Part shown: piece after piece, positions 43,067-43,890 of the stretch
Numbering within the stretch: position 1 is the stretch's first letter
How the letters are laid out: each line of letters begins with the position of its first letter
Source of the DNA: Verrucomicrobiota bacterium
GTDB taxonomy: Bacteria; Verrucomicrobiota; Verrucomicrobiia; Limisphaerales; UBA9464
DNA length: 43,890 bases
Direction of reading: 5' to 3'
Assembly: GCA_046090125.1 (NCBI GenBank)
Contig: JBJSZF010000520.1
Location: 1 to 43,890 of the forward strand
Translations under genes and position numbers: made by a program
Notes under the pieces: generated by a model
Seen by the model: the letters and a program-made list of their open reading frames with translations, nothing else
Database searches by the model: none
Told to the model about the DNA's origin: nothing

Positions 43067-43537
43067 TCAGGCCGGGCTGAAGCGGCCGCCGACGTTCTTG
43101 ATGGACTTGTCCGTGTAGAGGAATGCGCTGAGGGAATTGAGCGGGTTCTTGGCGCGGAAGCGGTAGCCGTGCGTGACGACGGCCTTGAGGATCTCGTGGC
43201 GGGTGAGGGGCTTGATGCGAACGGCGGCAAGGACGGCGTCGCGCAGGGAGATGCCATTGGGGTGTTTGCGTGCACGCGTGGCTGGTCCGGGCGGGGAGGC
43301 CTTGGCGGGAACGCCGCGCGCGGGCTTCCGTGACGAGGCCGGGGCCTTGGCTACTGGAGAGGCCTCAGCTTTGGGGCCGGAGCGGTGGCGTGCTTCGGCC
43401 CCGGCTACGGAACCGGGCAACGCACCGAGCGCCGCATGAATCTCGGCGAGGCGTTGCTCCAGCGATTCCTTCTCGCGGGTCAACTGGGCGCGCAACGCAA
43501 CGAACTGCTTCAGGGGGTCCGTCTTCATGGATGGCAT
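43067..43537 (-). CDS. Hypothetical protein: N-terminal coiled coil, basic Pro/Ala-rich linker, C-terminal winged-helix (HARE-HTH-like) domain
   Basis: ATGs verified at 43537 (MPSMKTD) and 43528 (MKTD); the track start at 43564 is a [31 protein letters not shown] (heptad-like). The C-terminus [59 protein letters not shown] resembles the HARE-HTH pattern. Confidence 0.6.
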   Translation of the reverse strand: MPSMKTDPLKQFVALRAQLTREKESLEQRLAEIHAALGALPGSVAGAEARHRSGPKAEASPVAKAPASSRKPARGVPAKASPPGPATRARKHPNGISLRDAVLAAVRIKPLTRHEILKAVVTHGYRFRAKNPLNSLSAFLYTDKSIKNVGGRFSPA

Positions 43538-43596
43538 CCTATGGCCGACCGCGATCCGGCGCACGCCTCAATCCCGGCGGGAACCGTGAGTCAGGT

Positions 43597-43890
43597 TCAC
43601 CGGCGGGGGCTCGGCGCGCGGGACTTGGGCGCGGGTGGCGTCGGCGACGCCCCGCCCGGGATGGCGCCCCGACGGAGGACGGCGCGTTGCACGGTGCGGA
43701 CGGGCACGGTGACGACCTCGGGCGCGCCGTTGTTGCCGCCGGTAGAATGGGCGTCCTCGACCCGGGCATTGGTCATCTCGACGATCAACTCGTCGATGCC
43801 GGGCAGGACGCGGCGGAGGTATCGGATTTGAACCCGGGAGCCGGCGACATCGAAGTGCGAGTAGAGGGCATTGTCGATCCACGATGCGTC
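43597..43890 (-). CDS. Hypothetical protein, 3' end only (gene enters from the right edge)
   Basis: The minus frame is open from 43890 to the TGA at 43599-43597: DASWIDNALYSHFDVAGSRVQIRYLRRVLPGIDELIVEMTNARVEDAHSTGGNNGAPEVVTVPVRTVQRAVL... Coding-like G/C third positions. Family not recognised. Confidence 0.5.
   Translation of the reverse strand, partial: DASWIDNALYSHFDVAGSRVQIRYLRRVLPGIDELIVEMTNARVEDAHSTGGNNGAPEVVTVPVRTVQRAVLRRGAIPGGASPTPPAPKSRAPSPRR

Noticed and set aside
10915-43275. Upstream-extended starts given by the ORF track for many real genes (10915..12006, 11969..12889, 14263.., 14699.., 16551..17147, 18376..19056, 20554..21636, 22006..24132, 27001..28782, 28300.., 28671.., 30644.., 37117.., 39832..41382, 41424..41954, 42226..43275).
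   Set aside because: The track takes the most upstream ATG/GTG/TTG. I checked that 7132 and 37117 are TTG, and that 14200, 19505, 20151, 43275 and 43564 are GTG. The extensions overlap neighbouring genes or read as low-complexity sequence. Internal starts give canonical N-termini or signal peptides.

Overview
This is a 43.9-kb, high-GC, tightly packed chromosomal segment. I can support about 41 protein-coding genes, one degraded IS transposase fragment, one probable frameshifted gene remnant, two intrinsic terminators and a pair of structured intergenic repeats. I saw no rRNA, tRNA, CRISPR array, prophage, integrase, or recognisable defence or biosynthetic locus. The gene content points to the PVC superphylum, most likely Verrucomicrobiota; this is inference only. 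The supporting genes are a prepilin-leader DUF1559-type protein, a PEP-CTERM protein, a TIGR04073-like exosortase-associated lipoprotein, a TAT-exported Gfo/Idh/MocA + TIM-barrel pair, and RNase HIII as well as RNase HII. Gene order: rnhC (partial) | secreted sGDH-like/di-haem protein | two convergent ABC half-transporters | surface cluster (PEP-CTERM protein, DUF1559 pseudopilin-like protein, 1224-aa LTD protein) | MFS | lipoprotein | ispE | moaE-moaD-dimeric dUTPase-like | sigma-70 family factor | thiL-tsaE-tsaB-rnhB-yraN operon | small ORF, GT-C-like membrane protein and sigma-54 activator | 653-nt structured spacer | TylF-type methyltransferase | thrC | coaB-like | carbohydrate-active island (cysteine-hydrolase/NPCBM protein, GH32, SGNH-alpha/beta-hydrolase fusion, CE15) | decayed region with IS remnant | TAT Gfo/Idh/MocA + TIM barrel | small acidic protein | WYL regulator, membrane protein, hisI, DUF486, hisF | HTH-like protein | partial ORF. 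The six-frame track is dominated by GC-driven antisense shadow ORFs. Its 'M' starts can be ATG, GTG or TTG at the most upstream position, so I trimmed many starts after checking the nucleotides. The most noteworthy observations are: (1) a ~110-nt multi-hairpin element in two copies (25545-25657 and 28202-28307) that I cannot assign to a known RNA family; (2) the unusually long structured spacer upstream of an orphan sigma-54 activator that is translationally coupled to a GT-C-like membrane protein; (3) a WYL regulator plus polytopic membrane protein appended to a his operon; (4) a giant LTD surface protein with duplicated Ig+OB-like modules but no nuclease domain; (5) a decayed region with an IS transposase remnant and a frameshifted Cys-rich secreted-protein gene. 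I did not identify a complete, clearly novel multi-gene system and I say so rather than over-call one.
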